Origin: an uncultured delta proteobacterium
GTDB lineage: Bacteria > Desulfobacterota > Syntrophia > Syntrophales > UBA2185
Direction: 5' to 3'
DNA length: 64,000 nt
Assembly (NCBI GenBank): GCA_963729715.1
Contig: CAVSPA010000010.1
Location: forward strand, 1-64,000
The notes beneath the pieces were generated by a model. It had not been told where the DNA came from. It worked only from the letters and a program-made list of their open reading frames with translations, and did no database searches. This document shows positions 10,910 through 21,662 of this stretch, in pieces (positions within the stretch are counted from its first letter, which is position 1; every line of letters begins with the position of its first letter). A program made the translations under genes and the position numbers.

Positions 10910-12436
10910 ATGGGAAGTGCATTATATACAGGGATTTCGGGTCTGAACGCCAGTTCCACAGAGATGGATGTTATCGCAAACAATATCGCTAACGTCAACA
11001 CGGTTGGTTTTAAGGCCCAAACTACATTTTTTGCTGATGTCTTGAGCCAGAGTCTCTCGGGCGGTACGGGGAATATGCAGATTGGTCGTGGTGTAGAAGT
11101 ATCGGACATTGAAACGCAGTTTGGTCCCGGTTCTTTTGAGACCACGTCAAATGCGACGGATTGCGCCATCAACGGAGATGGATTTTTTGTAGTTAAAGAT
11201 TTGAACGGCGCTTCGTATTATACGCGGGCAGGATCCTTCAGCCTTAATACTAACGGCGATCTTGTCGATACGAACGGTTACACAGTTCAGGGTTACAATT
11301 TCTTTGGTGACAATCAAAACAGTATTGCAGACATAGACCTGAGTAACATACAGTCGGCCCCTGTGACGACAACCACCCTATCCGTTGGCGCAAATCTAGA
11401 CGCAGCAACAACTGCAGGGGGCAACTTTACGACTACACAGACGGTGTATGATTCCCTTGGGGGTAGTCACACCCTCGGTATCACATATGAAAAGACGGAT
11501 ACGACTGGTCTATGGAGTGCACAGGCCGCCTTAGATGGGGTGAATGCGACAAGCCAAAGTTATAACGACCTCCAGTTTGATAGTACGGGGAAACTCACGG
11601 GAATGTATTCAGTTACCCCTGGTACAGTGGCAGGTGATGGAACTGATGTAGTAGCCGGTACCCCGGTATACAGCAACGTGGGAGATTTGTATGATCAATC
11701 TGGTAGTATCGTACTTAAAGAAGGAACCACTCCCGGGACATGGACAGTAACAGGTAATGGCGGTTATACCAATTTGTCAGTATCACAGAGTGTTGCAAAT
11801 ACTGTTAATATTGACCTCTATGGTACAGGGAGCATCGATATCACAGTGCCCTTGACAAAAGATCTGGGAAGCGGCACCCTCACTATCCCTAAACCCACTA
11901 TTTCAGCTGAGTCTGCTCCGGTAAACATTCCCATTACCTTTGCCAATCTTTCCGATGGGGCAAGCATCGGCAGCGGTGGTATAGTTAACTGGAACCTGAC
12001 CGGGACCGGAGCCTTGACGCTTACCGGTTACTCCAGCACGTCTGTCATTAACTCGACCTCTAATGACGGCTATGCCTCCGGTATCTTGCAAAGCGTTTCC
12101 GTAAAGTCTGATGGGACAATAAGTGGTTCTTTCACAAATGGGCAAACAGCAAACGTGGCGCAGCTTGTCCTTGCAAATTTCAACGACCCCGAGGGCCTGC
12201 AAAAAAAGGGGTCCAATCTGTTTGGTGAAACGATAACCTCGGGACAGCCCGTCGTGAACGTTCCCGGTAGTTCCGGAATGGGTACTATCCAGTCAGACAG
12301 CCTTGAACAGTCAAATGTCGATATCGCTACGGAATTCATCAATATGATAACAGCACAGAAAGCCTATTCAGCAAACGCTAGGGTCATAACCACTGAAGAC
12401 CAGATGCTTTCGGATCTGATAAATATCAAGAGGTAA
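10910..12436 (+). CDS. flgE: Flagellar hook protein FlgE
   Basis: ANNIANVNTVGFK, GDGFF, YTRAGSF, VYDSLG, LEQSNVD. Confidence 0.96.
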   Translation: MGSALYTGISGLNASSTEMDVIANNIANVNTVGFKAQTTFFADVLSQSLSGGTGNMQIGRGVEVSDIETQFGPGSFETTSNATDCAINGDGFFVVKDLNGASYYTRAGSFSLNTNGDLVDTNGYTVQGYNFFGDNQNSIADIDLSNIQSAPVTTTTLSVGANLDAATTAGGNFTTTQTVYDSLGGSHTLGITYEKTDTTGLWSAQAALDGVNATSQSYNDLQFDSTGKLTGMYSVTPGTVAGDGTDVVAGTPVYSNVGDLYDQSGSIVLKEGTTPGTWTVTGNGGYTNLSVSQSVANTVNIDLYGTGSIDITVPLTKDLGSGTLTIPKPTISAESAPVNIPITFANLSDGASIGSGGIVNWNLTGTGALTLTGYSSTSVINSTSNDGYASGILQSVSVKSDGTISGSFTNGQTANVAQLVLANFNDPEGLQKKGSNLFGETITSGQPVVNVPGSSGMGTIQSDSLEQSNVDIATEFINMITAQKAYSANARVITTEDQMLSDLINIKR

Positions 12437-12458
12437 TTTGGGTAGCCTGTTAATCCGG

Positions 12459-12498
12459 AAATAAGGGCTAAGGATGTTTCCTGAGCCCTTATTTTTTT
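12459..12498 (+). terminator. Rho-independent terminator after flgE
   Basis: AAATAAGGGCT..AGCCCTTATTTTTTT inverted repeat with T tail. Confidence 0.85.
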
Positions 12499-12722
12499 GT
12501 CAAATTTCTGACTATTTGTCAAAAAAAACCTTGTGAAAACATCTGCGGCAGCACTTCAAGGATTGAATTAAAAATGACTCGTGAGCGCATCCTACCTTCC
12601 AGATTTGTAAAATATCAGCAATATCAGTGAAATAAGTGATTAATGTGGTCAGGCTTGTACACTTGCGTTTAGAGCCGTGCATCGGGCTTTCATACGGCCA
12701 TGCGCATCCGTTTTCATCTGTC

Positions 12723-12738
12723 TGGTATATTATTTGCT
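12723..12738 (+). promoter_or_regulatory. Sigma-54 promoter of fliL operon
   Basis: TGGTATATTATTTGCT (GG-N10-GC), nearly identical to the flgB promoter. Confidence 0.8.
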
Positions 12739-12808
12739 ACTACCAGTTAATGAAGATTTAACGTAAAGGTGTTTCAGGTATGAATGAAAATTTTATTATG
12801 ATTGCGAG

Positions 12809-13300
12809 GTGGCAATGGCAAGAGAAGAAAAGGACGAGCAGGCCGTAGAGGATGTTCCACAAAAGAAAAAATTACCTCTGAAAAAGCTTATCATCATAGG
12901 CGTTGCCGCACTCATAGTGGTAGCCGGCGGTACCGCAGGGACCATTTACTATAAGAAAATGTCTGACAAAAAAGAGCAGGTGCAGCAGCAGGCACCCGTG
13001 GGGGCCGTGTGGCCCATGGAGCCTTTTATTGTGAATATACTGGATCAGGGCTCCGATAGGTATTTGAAAATTATTATAGAGCTCGACATTTCGGATAAGA
13101 ACTGCATCGCGGAGCTGAACCAGTTGAAACCAAAACTGAGGGACAATATTTTAGACCTTCTCTCATCAAAATCCTATAAGGATATTGTGGATATTAATGG
13201 GAAGCAGCGCCTGCGGGACGAGATACTGATGCGGCTCAACTCTTTTCTGACAGGAGGAAAAATCGTCAAGGTTTATTTCACGGAATTCGTGGTGCAGTAG
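12809..13300 (+). CDS. fliL: Flagellar basal body-associated protein FliL
   Basis: Single TM, FIVNI, VYFTEFVVQ end. Confidence 0.93.
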   Translation: MAMAREEKDEQAVEDVPQKKKLPLKKLIIIGVAALIVVAGGTAGTIYYKKMSDKKEQVQQQAPVGAVWPMEPFIVNILDQGSDRYLKIIIELDISDKNCIAELNQLKPKLRDNILDLLSSKSYKDIVDINGKQRLRDEILMRLNSFLTGGKIVKVYFTEFVVQ

Positions 13301-13486
13301 TTGATACCGATAGTTATAATGATACATCACAGACATATTTTTAACACAACGATATGAAGAAAAGACTGAGCGGAATTTTAGGATAAGTTCTTCAAAGATA
13401 GATATTCTTTCAAGGACTCGATTACAGAAACAGATCGGAGAAGTGGGCCGGTCACTGGAAGATAAGGTGCAATAAGGGGTTTTCTT

Positions 13487-14488
13487 ATGTCCCAAATATT
13501 ATCACAGGAAGAGGTAGATGCCCTTCTTAAGGGAATATCGGATGGTGATGTGGAGACAGAGTCGCAGAAAGAAACCGACCCCTCTGTTGCCGTTCGCTAT
13601 GACCTGACCAGCCAGGATCGCATAATCCGGGGGAGAATGCCTACCCTCGAGATGACAAATGAAAAGTTCGCCCGCTTCTTCAGAGCATCTCTTTCATCGT
13701 TGCTGAGGAAAATGGTCAGTGTCAGTGCCCTTTCTATTGATACCATAAAGTATGGAGACTTCCTTAAAACATTGCCCGTTCCCACGAGTCTGCATCTCTT
13801 CCGGATAGATCCGTTGAGAGGGAATGCGATCGTCGTTGTTGAGTCAAAGGTTATATTCACCCTGGTGGATATAGTCTTCGGAGGTTCCGGAAGAGAGGTG
13901 TTCAAAGTAGAGGGCAGAGAATTTACGGCAATTGAGAACAGCCTGATCAAAAAGGTTGTCTTAAGTGCCCTCCTTGACCTGGAAAAAGCATGGAAGACAC
14001 TCTTAGATGCAAGGATGACCTATCAAAGGTCCGAAATCAATCCTCAGTTTGCCCATATCGTTCCTTTGACTGACGTCGTCATAGTCGTCAATTTTGAGAT
14101 CGAGATGGATTATACCTCAGGCGTCATGTCTTTGTGCATTCCATACTCTACGTTGGAACCGATCAGAGATAAGTTACAGGCAGGGTTTCAAAGCGATCAA
14201 CTTGAAGTAGATAAAGATTGGGAAAAACGTTTGAAGGAAGAGCTGATGTCTTCCAGCCTCGAACTGGTGGCCCAGTTGGGATGCACCCATCTATTGACCC
14301 GGGATGTGCGGGATCTTAAAGTAGGAGACGTGATCGTGCTCGATCGATATGCATCAGACAGCATAGATGTTTACGTGGACGGCATTCCTAAGTTCAAGGC
14401 GTATCCAGGCGTGCACAGAGGAAATCAGGCGTTACAGATCCAACACTTAAACAGCAGAAAAGAGGTTACTCAGTATGGAGCAGAATGA
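13487..14488 (+). CDS. fliM: Flagellar motor switch protein FliM
   Basis: LSQEEVDALL CheY-binding motif, FGGSG, REFTAIE, C-terminal SpoA domain. Confidence 0.96.
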   Translation: MSQILSQEEVDALLKGISDGDVETESQKETDPSVAVRYDLTSQDRIIRGRMPTLEMTNEKFARFFRASLSSLLRKMVSVSALSIDTIKYGDFLKTLPVPTSLHLFRIDPLRGNAIVVVESKVIFTLVDIVFGGSGREVFKVEGREFTAIENSLIKKVVLSALLDLEKAWKTLLDARMTYQRSEINPQFAHIVPLTDVVIVVNFEIEMDYTSGVMSLCIPYSTLEPIRDKLQAGFQSDQLEVDKDWEKRLKEELMSSSLELVAQLGCTHLLTRDVRDLKVGDVIVLDRYASDSIDVYVDGIPKFKAYPGVHRGNQALQIQHLNSRKEVTQYGAE

Positions 14489-14915
14489 AATAGATAATCT
14501 GACAAAGGGGCTGAATTCTGACAATAAGGGGGATGAGAATGTTACTTGGGATGACGTCAAAGAGGATATCGAGGCATCAAAGAAGCCGACCAAGACCACG
14601 GCAAGTGCGGCAAATTTTGAAGAGCTTCAGAATACGGGACGGAAAAATAGCGGTGCCATAGATATTGATTTTATTCTAGACATTCCTCTCACCGTAACCG
14701 TTGAACTTGGTAGGGCAAGAATGCTGATCGGAGAGCTTCTACAGCTAGGGCAGGGTTCTATCGTGGAGCTGGCGAAGTTCGCCGGAGAACCAATGGATGT
14801 CTTTATTAACCAGAGATTGATAGCCAAGGGTGAAGTAGTGGTAGTCAACGAAAAGTTCGGCATTCGCCTGACCGATATTGTCTCGCCTGCGGAGAGAGTC
14901 GGAAAGCTCAAATAG
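14475..14915 (+). CDS. fliN: Flagellar motor switch protein FliN
   Basis: ILDIPLTVTVELGR, GEVVVVNEKFGIRLT. Confidence 0.96.
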   Translation: MEQNEIDNLTKGLNSDNKGDENVTWDDVKEDIEASKKPTKTTASAANFEELQNTGRKNSGAIDIDFILDIPLTVTVELGRARMLIGELLQLGQGSIVELAKFAGEPMDVFINQRLIAKGEVVVVNEKFGIRLTDIVSPAERVGKLK

Positions 14916-14925
14916 GAGAACTCAA

Positions 14926-15330
14926 ATGGGAGCAGTAGATTTCTTTTCGTCACTGGTGAAAATGATATCGGCCCTTGCCGTAGTCTTGGGGATAATGATA
15001 GGCGCCATGTTTTTTCTCAGGAAGTTTATAAAAAGCACAGGAACGAACCTCGATGACGGGAACTACATCAAAATAATATCAACCAGATACATAGGACCGA
15101 AATGCAGCATAATGCTCATGGATGTGTTAAATAGCATAGTAGTTGTCGGCATCGCGAATAATCAGATTACCATGCTCACAACAATTTCAGATCCCAAATC
15201 CTTGGAGCAACTGAAGGATTTCGAAAGAGAAAAGAAGAGCCCAATTCCTTTTCTCAACAATCTGAGTTCATACAGAAGCAGGTTGCTCGCCCAGGGCCAC
15301 AAGAAAAAGGGTTCAAGAGAAAATGAATAG
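14926..15330 (+). CDS. fliO: Flagellar biosynthesis protein FliO
   Basis: N-terminal TM, IKIISTRYIGPK; between fliN and fliP; SD AGGAG before ATG 14926. Confidence 0.85.
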   Translation: MGAVDFFSSLVKMISALAVVLGIMIGAMFFLRKFIKSTGTNLDDGNYIKIISTRYIGPKCSIMLMDVLNSIVVVGIANNQITMLTTISDPKSLEQLKDFEREKKSPIPFLNNLSSYRSRLLAQGHKKKGSRENE

Positions 15331-16108
15331 GCGGGGCCATAAAAATCCAATGAGGTACGTGGCTTTCTTTCTGGTTCTCGCCGGGTTCTTGTTCTTAATT
15401 GTCCCTTCCGCGTGGTCTGAACCCCTCCCTATCCCCACTATTAATTTGAACATCGGCGGTTCCGGGGAATCAGGCCAGGTTTCGACAGTTCTTAAGCTAC
15501 TTCTCCTGCTTACTATATTGGCACTCGCTCCTTCCATCCTTATTATGCTGACTTCATTTACGAGAATCGTTGTTGTGTTCTCTCTTCTAAGGCATGCCTT
15601 AGGTACGCAACAGCTGCCTCCTAATCAGGTCATCATCGGGCTGTCACTTTTTCTTACCTTCTTTATTATGACACCTGTCTGGGAAAAGGTGAATACCCAG
15701 GCCCTCCAGCCGTATTTCAATAATCAAATATCGGGCGAAAGGGCCTTTGAGCTCAGCAGCCAACCGATCCGGGATTTCATGATGAAACAGACCAGGGAAA
15801 AGGATCTCGCCCTTTTCGTAAAGATGTCCAAATCGAAAAGACCCGACTCACCTGCAGATATATCCCTGTCCGTATTGATTCCCTCCTTTGTAATCAGTGA
15901 GCTAAGAACAGCGTTTCAGATCGGATTCTTGATATATATGCCGTTTCTGGTACTGGACATGGTCGTGGCCAGTGTACTTCTTTCCATGGGAATGCTTATG
16001 CTCCCGCCTATCATGGTAAGCCTGCCCTTCAAGTTGCTGCTCTTTGTCCTTGTCGATGGCTGGTATCTTATCGTGGGGTCTTTGGTTCAAAGTTTCGGGC
16101 CGACTTAA
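15323..16108 (+). CDS. fliP: Flagellar export gate protein FliP
   Basis: LTSFTRI, QQLPPNQV, SELRTAFQIG, PFKLLLFVLVDGW. Confidence 0.97.
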   Translation: MNRRGHKNPMRYVAFFLVLAGFLFLIVPSAWSEPLPIPTINLNIGGSGESGQVSTVLKLLLLLTILALAPSILIMLTSFTRIVVVFSLLRHALGTQQLPPNQVIIGLSLFLTFFIMTPVWEKVNTQALQPYFNNQISGERAFELSSQPIRDFMMKQTREKDLALFVKMSKSKRPDSPADISLSVLIPSFVISELRTAFQIGFLIYMPFLVLDMVVASVLLSMGMLMLPPIMVSLPFKLLLFVLVDGWYLIVGSLVQSFGPT

Positions 16109-16131
16109 TTCAACTTCGGAGGATATTCTTA

Positions 16132-16401
16132 ATGTCCAGTGATTTCGTAATAGGCATGGCAGTTGAAACCATAAAAGTGACCATGTTGATATCGGCTCCG
16201 ATGCTGCTTATGGGTCTCATTGTTGGACTCGCCATCAGTATCTTCCAAGCCGTCACGCAGATTCAAGAGATGACATTAGTTTTTGTTCCCAAGATCGTGG
16301 CCGTCTTGATTGCTCTTATCATATCGTTACCTTGGATGCTGAATATAATGATCACCTATACCCAAAACATATTGTCAAATTTTCCCACGTATATACGGTA
16401 A
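16132..16401 (+). CDS. fliQ: Flagellar export gate protein FliQ
   Basis: SIFQAVTQIQEMTLVFVPK. Confidence 0.97.
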   Translation: MSSDFVIGMAVETIKVTMLISAPMLLMGLIVGLAISIFQAVTQIQEMTLVFVPKIVAVLIALIISLPWMLNIMITYTQNILSNFPTYIR

Positions 16402-16469
16402 TCTGAAGTGAAGATATTTTTGACACTTGTATCAAGCATGAAATTCTCCGATTAGTTCATCTTTCGCAT

Positions 16470-17243
16470 ATGCCAAACATGTCAGCAGAACAGATGGAGA
16501 TTTTAGCTCTGATTTTTCTTCGAGTCAGTGCAATGATCGTGACAATCCCCATAGTGGGAGACAGTACGGTTCCTATGAGGGTCAAGGCAGGGTTATCGCT
16601 ATTGATTACACTTCTCCTCTTTCCCGTCGTTCCCACGGCGGCATGGAAACTGAGTTCTGATATTTTTTCTCTGGTATTCCGCATGGCAGGTGAGATCATG
16701 ATCGGTTTCATGGTTGGGTTTACTTCCCGGTTAATTTTTGATGGGATCCAGCTTGCCGGACAGCTTATAGGTTTTCAAATGGGCTTCTCCATTGTGAACG
16801 TGATCGATCCCATCAATAATGAGCAGGTGTCCATTATATCCCAGTTTCAGTATCTTGTTGCTGTCCTGATATTCCTGGTCATGAACGGTCATCACATTTT
16901 CTTGTACGCCATAGGAGAAAGTTTCAGAATAGTTCCCCCTCTCGGGTTTCATTTTTCGGGAGAGTTGATGCAGTTGATTCTTGGCTTCGTGAAAAATATG
17001 CTGGAAGTTGCAATCAAGACAGGAGCGCCCATAATCGCTGTCTTGTTGTTCATGAGCGTTGGTTTGGGTTTGGTCGCAAGGACGGTTCCTCAGATAAACA
17101 TATTCATAGTCGGGTTTCCCTTGCAGATAGCCATAGGTCTTATCGGTATCGGAATAACGCTGCCGGTTTTTCTGAGAGTTGTTGAAAATTATTTCTCAAA
17201 TCTCGAGGGAGAGATTATTTCGCTTCTCCGTCTCATGCAATAA
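16470..17243 (+). CDS. fliR: Flagellar export gate protein FliR
   Basis: AGQLIGFQMG, NGHH, ARTVPQINIFIVGFP. Confidence 0.96.
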   Translation: MPNMSAEQMEILALIFLRVSAMIVTIPIVGDSTVPMRVKAGLSLLITLLLFPVVPTAAWKLSSDIFSLVFRMAGEIMIGFMVGFTSRLIFDGIQLAGQLIGFQMGFSIVNVIDPINNEQVSIISQFQYLVAVLIFLVMNGHHIFLYAIGESFRIVPPLGFHFSGELMQLILGFVKNMLEVAIKTGAPIIAVLLFMSVGLGLVARTVPQINIFIVGFPLQIAIGLIGIGITLPVFLRVVENYFSNLEGEIISLLRLMQ

Positions 17244-17358
17244 ATGAAGACAGTTTTTTGACTGGAGTGTCATCAAATATTCAAAAGACATGCTTAATGC
17301 GATAGACCTAATAATATTTTCCTGAGCCACACGGGAGAGGCATCGAAGAGACAAGGCC

Positions 17359-18435
17359 ATGGCAGACAACGATAGAGACCAGGAAAAAACAGAGCAAGCA
17401 ACACCCAAAAGGCGGGAAGAGGCAAGAAAAAAGGGGCAGGTTGCAAAGAGTCAGGAATTAGCATCAGTTGCGATACTGCTCGCCTGCCTTACATATTTTA
17501 ATTTTGACTCAGTACGCCTCGTTAAGAAGATGATGGATAATCTTAGCGGGTTTCTGAGATCATCCGGGACATTGCTTATCAATACCAATAATATTCAATC
17601 GCTTGCCCTGGAATGGATTTATGAATTCTTCATCCTTATAGCACCACTTCTTTTGACTGTTCTTGTTGCGGGACTCTTAGCAAATTTTGTCCAAGTGGGC
17701 TTTTTATTCTCACTGGAGGCACTAGCACCACGGTTTTCTAAGATTGATCCATTCAAAGGATTTCAGAGACTGTTCTCACTGAAATCCTTTACCGAATTGA
17801 TTAAGAATACAATGAAGCTGTGCATCGTAGGTTATGTGGCCTATTTCACAGTAAAGGGCGAAATTGACGAACTTCCTTCCCTGATGGATAAGAGTATCGG
17901 AGACATAACAGCCTACATGGGGTTGATTTCATTCAAAATTATCTTGAGGACGTCGTGGGTGCTCGTTGTTCTGGCAATCATGGATTATGTTTATCAGCGC
18001 TGGGAGCACGAAAGGGGTCTCAAAATGTCAAGGCAGGAAATAAAGGATGAATTCAGACAGACGGAGGGGGATCCTCTGATAAAGGCCAGGATAAAGCGGA
18101 TTCAGAGGGAAATGGCCAGAAAGAGAATGATGGCCAAGGTCCCGAAGGCCGATGTTGTGATCACAAACCCTGACCACATTGCAGTGGCGCTCGAGTATGA
18201 TCAATCAAGAATGTTTGCCCCTGTTGTTGTTGCCAAGGGAGCGGGTTTTCTTGCTGAAAGAATAAGGGAGCTGGCAAGGCAAAACAATGTACCTGTTATC
18301 GAGAACAAGCCTTTGGCACAGGTATTGTATAAAATGGTAAAAGTAGAAGAGGTAATACCGGAAAATTTGTACAGGGCCGTAGCTGAGGTATTAGCTTATG
18401 TTTACGGCTTGAAGGAAAAAAGGGTAGCGGTGTAA
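17359..18435 (+). CDS. flhB: Flagellar export switch protein FlhB
   Basis: KTEQATPKR, KMSRQEIKDE..EGDP; autocleavage site variant NPDH. Confidence 0.97.
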   Translation: MADNDRDQEKTEQATPKRREEARKKGQVAKSQELASVAILLACLTYFNFDSVRLVKKMMDNLSGFLRSSGTLLINTNNIQSLALEWIYEFFILIAPLLLTVLVAGLLANFVQVGFLFSLEALAPRFSKIDPFKGFQRLFSLKSFTELIKNTMKLCIVGYVAYFTVKGEIDELPSLMDKSIGDITAYMGLISFKIILRTSWVLVVLAIMDYVYQRWEHERGLKMSRQEIKDEFRQTEGDPLIKARIKRIQREMARKRMMAKVPKADVVITNPDHIAVALEYDQSRMFAPVVVAKGAGFLAERIRELARQNNVPVIENKPLAQVLYKMVKVEEVIPENLYRAVAEVLAYVYGLKEKRVAV

Positions 18436-18441
18436 AGCAAA

Positions 18442-20511
18442 ATGACGACTGACGCAAGGACTGATTCTCTCCAACGGTGGGAAGGAAGCGGGACAGCCAT
18501 TCTGGGTATCGGCGTTATCGGTGTGCTTGTAATCATGATCGTACCGTTGCCGACATTCATCCTCGACCTACTTCTTTCATTCAATATCACCATCTCCATT
18601 GTTATTCTACTCATGTCTATGTATGTCCTGAGACCTTTAGATTTATCCTCTTTCCCGTCCATTTTGCTTACGGTAACCCTTCTTAGGTTATCTCTAAATG
18701 TGGCTTCAACGCGTTTAATTCTGCTTCACGGCAATGAAGGAACCGCCGCTGCAGGCCAGGTTATCAAGGCATTCGGTACCTTTGTGGTGGGGGGAAATTA
18801 TCTTGTCGGTATCATAGTATTCTTTGTTCTCACCCTCATCAACTTTGTTGTCATTACCAAGGGTGCCACGAGAATAGCGGAAGTTGCAGCACGCTTTACA
18901 TTGGATGCCATGCCGGGCAAGCAGATGAGCATTGACGCAGACCTGAATGCAGGCCTCATTACAGAGGCGGATGCGCGAAGGAGAAGAGCCGATACTGAAA
19001 AAGAGGCAGATTTCTATGGGGCAATGGATGGAGCAAGCAAGTTTGTCAGGGGTGATGCAATCGCAGGAATCGTCATCATCTTGATCAATATCGTAGGCGG
19101 ATTGATTATCGGGGTATTACAAAAAGGCATGGACGTTGCGGACGCGGCCCATACATATACCCTCCTTACCATTGGTGACGGCTTGGTAACTCAGGTACCT
19201 GCTCTCATTGTATCAACTGCCGCAGGCATGCTGGTGACGAGATCTACAGCTTCCTCTAATCTCGGTGCGGACCTTACTGGTCAGCTTCTTGTCCAACCTA
19301 AAGCTATAGCAACGGCGTCGGTTATGCTCTTTATATTTGGCCTTATTCCCGGTATGCCGAAAGTTTCTTTCATGATAATTTCCCTACTCAGCGGGTTCTT
19401 AGCATTCAACCTCTTTAGGTTTGCGAAGAAAACGGAAGCGATCAAGGAAGAAGCACCGGTAGTTGCAACTAAAGAGTCTGTAGAAAGGCTCCTCGCATTG
19501 GATCTCATGGAACTTGAAGTTGGCTATGGTTTGATTCCCCTCGTCGATGCGGCACAGGGCGGAGAACTGCTGCAGCGAATCAAGTCTCTAAGAAAGCAAT
19601 TGGCTATGGATATGGGGTTCATAATACCGGCCATCCATATCAGAGATAATCTTCAGCTTAAACCCAACGAGTATTCGCTCCTTTTGAAAGGGGTTGAAAT
19701 AGCAAAGGGTGAATTAATGCCCGGCTACTTTCTTACTATAGCCCCTGAGGAAAGAGGAAAAATAATAAAAGGAGTGGAAACGAAAGAGCCGGCATTCGGT
19801 CTTCCTGCGTTCTGGGTAAGTGAAAAGGAAAAGGAAAATATTCAGGCGAGGGGCCTTATGGTTGTTGACTGCGCCACTGTAGTGACCACTCATTTGACAG
19901 AAATAATCAAATCAAATGCCGACGAGTTACTGGGCAGGGAAGAAGTCCGAGCACTTTTGGACAATTTAGCACTCAGTCATCCCAAGGTCATTGAGGAACT
20001 CGTTCCCAATGTCATTCCTCTGGGAGTGGTTCAGAAGGTCTTGCAGAGACTCCTCAGGGAACGGATCTCCATTCGCGACCTCCTTACGATATTGGACACT
20101 CTGGCAGACTATGTGGCGATTACAAAAAATGTGGATCTGTTAACCAGTTATGTGAGGCAGTCGTTAGCGAGGACTATATCAAAACAGTACAAGGATGATA
20201 AAGGGAACATCTCTGTTGTAATTGTGTCACCGGAAATTGAAGATCATATCAATAATGCCATCCAGAATACCGAATATGAATCGTATCTTGTTGCAGATCC
20301 CAATTTAATACAGAGGATTGTAAATAATCTGCAGAAATTTATCAGTACATTTACGACAAGAGGACTCCAGCCGATAGTCCTCTGTTCGCCAAAAACAAGA
20401 ATTCATCTAAGGAAGGTATTGGAGAGGTTTTTCCCCAATATCGTCATCCTTTCGCACAATGAGATCACGCACGACGTGAATATTAATTCGCTGGGCATGG
20501 TGGAGTTGTAA
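18442..20511 (+). CDS. flhA: Flagellar export protein FlhA
   Basis: AEVAARFTLDAMPGKQMSIDADLN, FYGAMDGASKFVRGDA. Confidence 0.98.
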   Translation: MTTDARTDSLQRWEGSGTAILGIGVIGVLVIMIVPLPTFILDLLLSFNITISIVILLMSMYVLRPLDLSSFPSILLTVTLLRLSLNVASTRLILLHGNEGTAAAGQVIKAFGTFVVGGNYLVGIIVFFVLTLINFVVITKGATRIAEVAARFTLDAMPGKQMSIDADLNAGLITEADARRRRADTEKEADFYGAMDGASKFVRGDAIAGIVIILINIVGGLIIGVLQKGMDVADAAHTYTLLTIGDGLVTQVPALIVSTAAGMLVTRSTASSNLGADLTGQLLVQPKAIATASVMLFIFGLIPGMPKVSFMIISLLSGFLAFNLFRFAKKTEAIKEEAPVVATKESVERLLALDLMELEVGYGLIPLVDAAQGGELLQRIKSLRKQLAMDMGFIIPAIHIRDNLQLKPNEYSLLLKGVEIAKGELMPGYFLTIAPEERGKIIKGVETKEPAFGLPAFWVSEKEKENIQARGLMVVDCATVVTTHLTEIIKSNADELLGREEVRALLDNLALSHPKVIEELVPNVIPLGVVQKVLQRLLRERISIRDLLTILDTLADYVAITKNVDLLTSYVRQSLARTISKQYKDDKGNISVVIVSPEIEDHINNAIQNTEYESYLVADPNLIQRIVNNLQKFISTFTTRGLQPIVLCSPKTRIHLRKVLERFFPNIVILSHNEITHDVNINSLGMVEL

Positions 20512-20512
20512 A

Positions 20513-21646
20513 ATGCAGATCAAAAGATATGAAGTGGGCAGTATTCAGGAAGCAATGAATAAGATTAAGATGGATTTGGGTGAAGAAGCAGTCATCCTGT
20601 CGACAAAAAGGTTGAGGGGCGGGAAAGTACCGCTCTTTGAGGTGACTGCTGCCACAGATGAAAACAAGAAAAAGGTCGATTCCCATAAGCTACGTGAGAC
20701 GCATGAAAGCGAAAGCCAACGTGTGAGTGCCTCAGCCGAAATGGATATGATCAGAAACGACCTCATTGAAATGAAATCTCTCATCAGGGACATAAGAAAG
20801 GAAGATCCCATTCGTAGAGAACTCAGCCAATTAAGAGAGTATCTGAACAATCTAATGAATGTCCTCGGCACCTGGGAGAAAAATTTATTTCCCGGGCCGC
20901 CATCGAAGATCTATTATCATTTGGTGGCAAATGGTGTATCCCCGGAAAGGGCTTACAGGCTGGTCAATACAATAGACAAAATAGATAATTTCGAAAATAC
21001 ATGCAAATCATTGGAAAATACGATCACAAATTCTATCCCAGTTGCGGATGGGAGAAAGAGAAAAGGTGTTATCGCCTTCGTTGGTCCCACAGGCGTCGGC
21101 AAGACGACAACCCTGGCTAAACTGGCGGCGCGGTATTCAATGAGTGAAAGATTAAGAGTCGGCCTTATATCGGCAGATACCTATAGGATAGCTGCAGCCG
21201 ATCAATTAAAGACCTATGCAAAGATTATGGGGCTTCCCATAAAGGTGGTGTCCGAGAAAGACGAGTTCAAAGAGGCCCTCAGCAGATTTTCCGATAGAGA
21301 CGTCGTCATGGTTGATACACCGGGAAAGAGTCGCAAGGATCAAGGCTACATAGAAAAGCTGCGCGATTTTCTGAGAGTCGGTGTCCCTGTGGAGACTAAT
21401 CTTCTTTTGAGTTTGACGGCGAGCAGGGAAAACATGCTGGAGGCTGCTTCCAGATTCGAACGGATTGATTACGATAATATCATATTTACAAAAGTGGATG
21501 AGGCAACGGGCTTAGGTTCCATGTATGATGTGATTGATCAAGTTGGCAAACCAGTTTCTTATCTGACCGTTGGGCAGAATGTACCTAATGACATAGAAAA
21601 TGCTAATCCGGGGAAAATTGCGAGACTGATAATACATCAGTCTTAG
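20513..21646 (+). CDS. flhF: SRP-family GTPase FlhF
   Basis: GPTGVGKTTTLAKLAA, DTYRIAA, DTPG, TKVDE, GQNVPND. Confidence 0.96.
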   Translation: MQIKRYEVGSIQEAMNKIKMDLGEEAVILSTKRLRGGKVPLFEVTAATDENKKKVDSHKLRETHESESQRVSASAEMDMIRNDLIEMKSLIRDIRKEDPIRRELSQLREYLNNLMNVLGTWEKNLFPGPPSKIYYHLVANGVSPERAYRLVNTIDKIDNFENTCKSLENTITNSIPVADGRKRKGVIAFVGPTGVGKTTTLAKLAARYSMSERLRVGLISADTYRIAAADQLKTYAKIMGLPIKVVSEKDEFKEALSRFSDRDVVMVDTPGKSRKDQGYIEKLRDFLRVGVPVETNLLLSLTASRENMLEAASRFERIDYDNIIFTKVDEATGLGSMYDVIDQVGKPVSYLTVGQNVPNDIENANPGKIARLIIHQS

Positions 21647-21662
21647 ACTATGGAGGGTTAAG

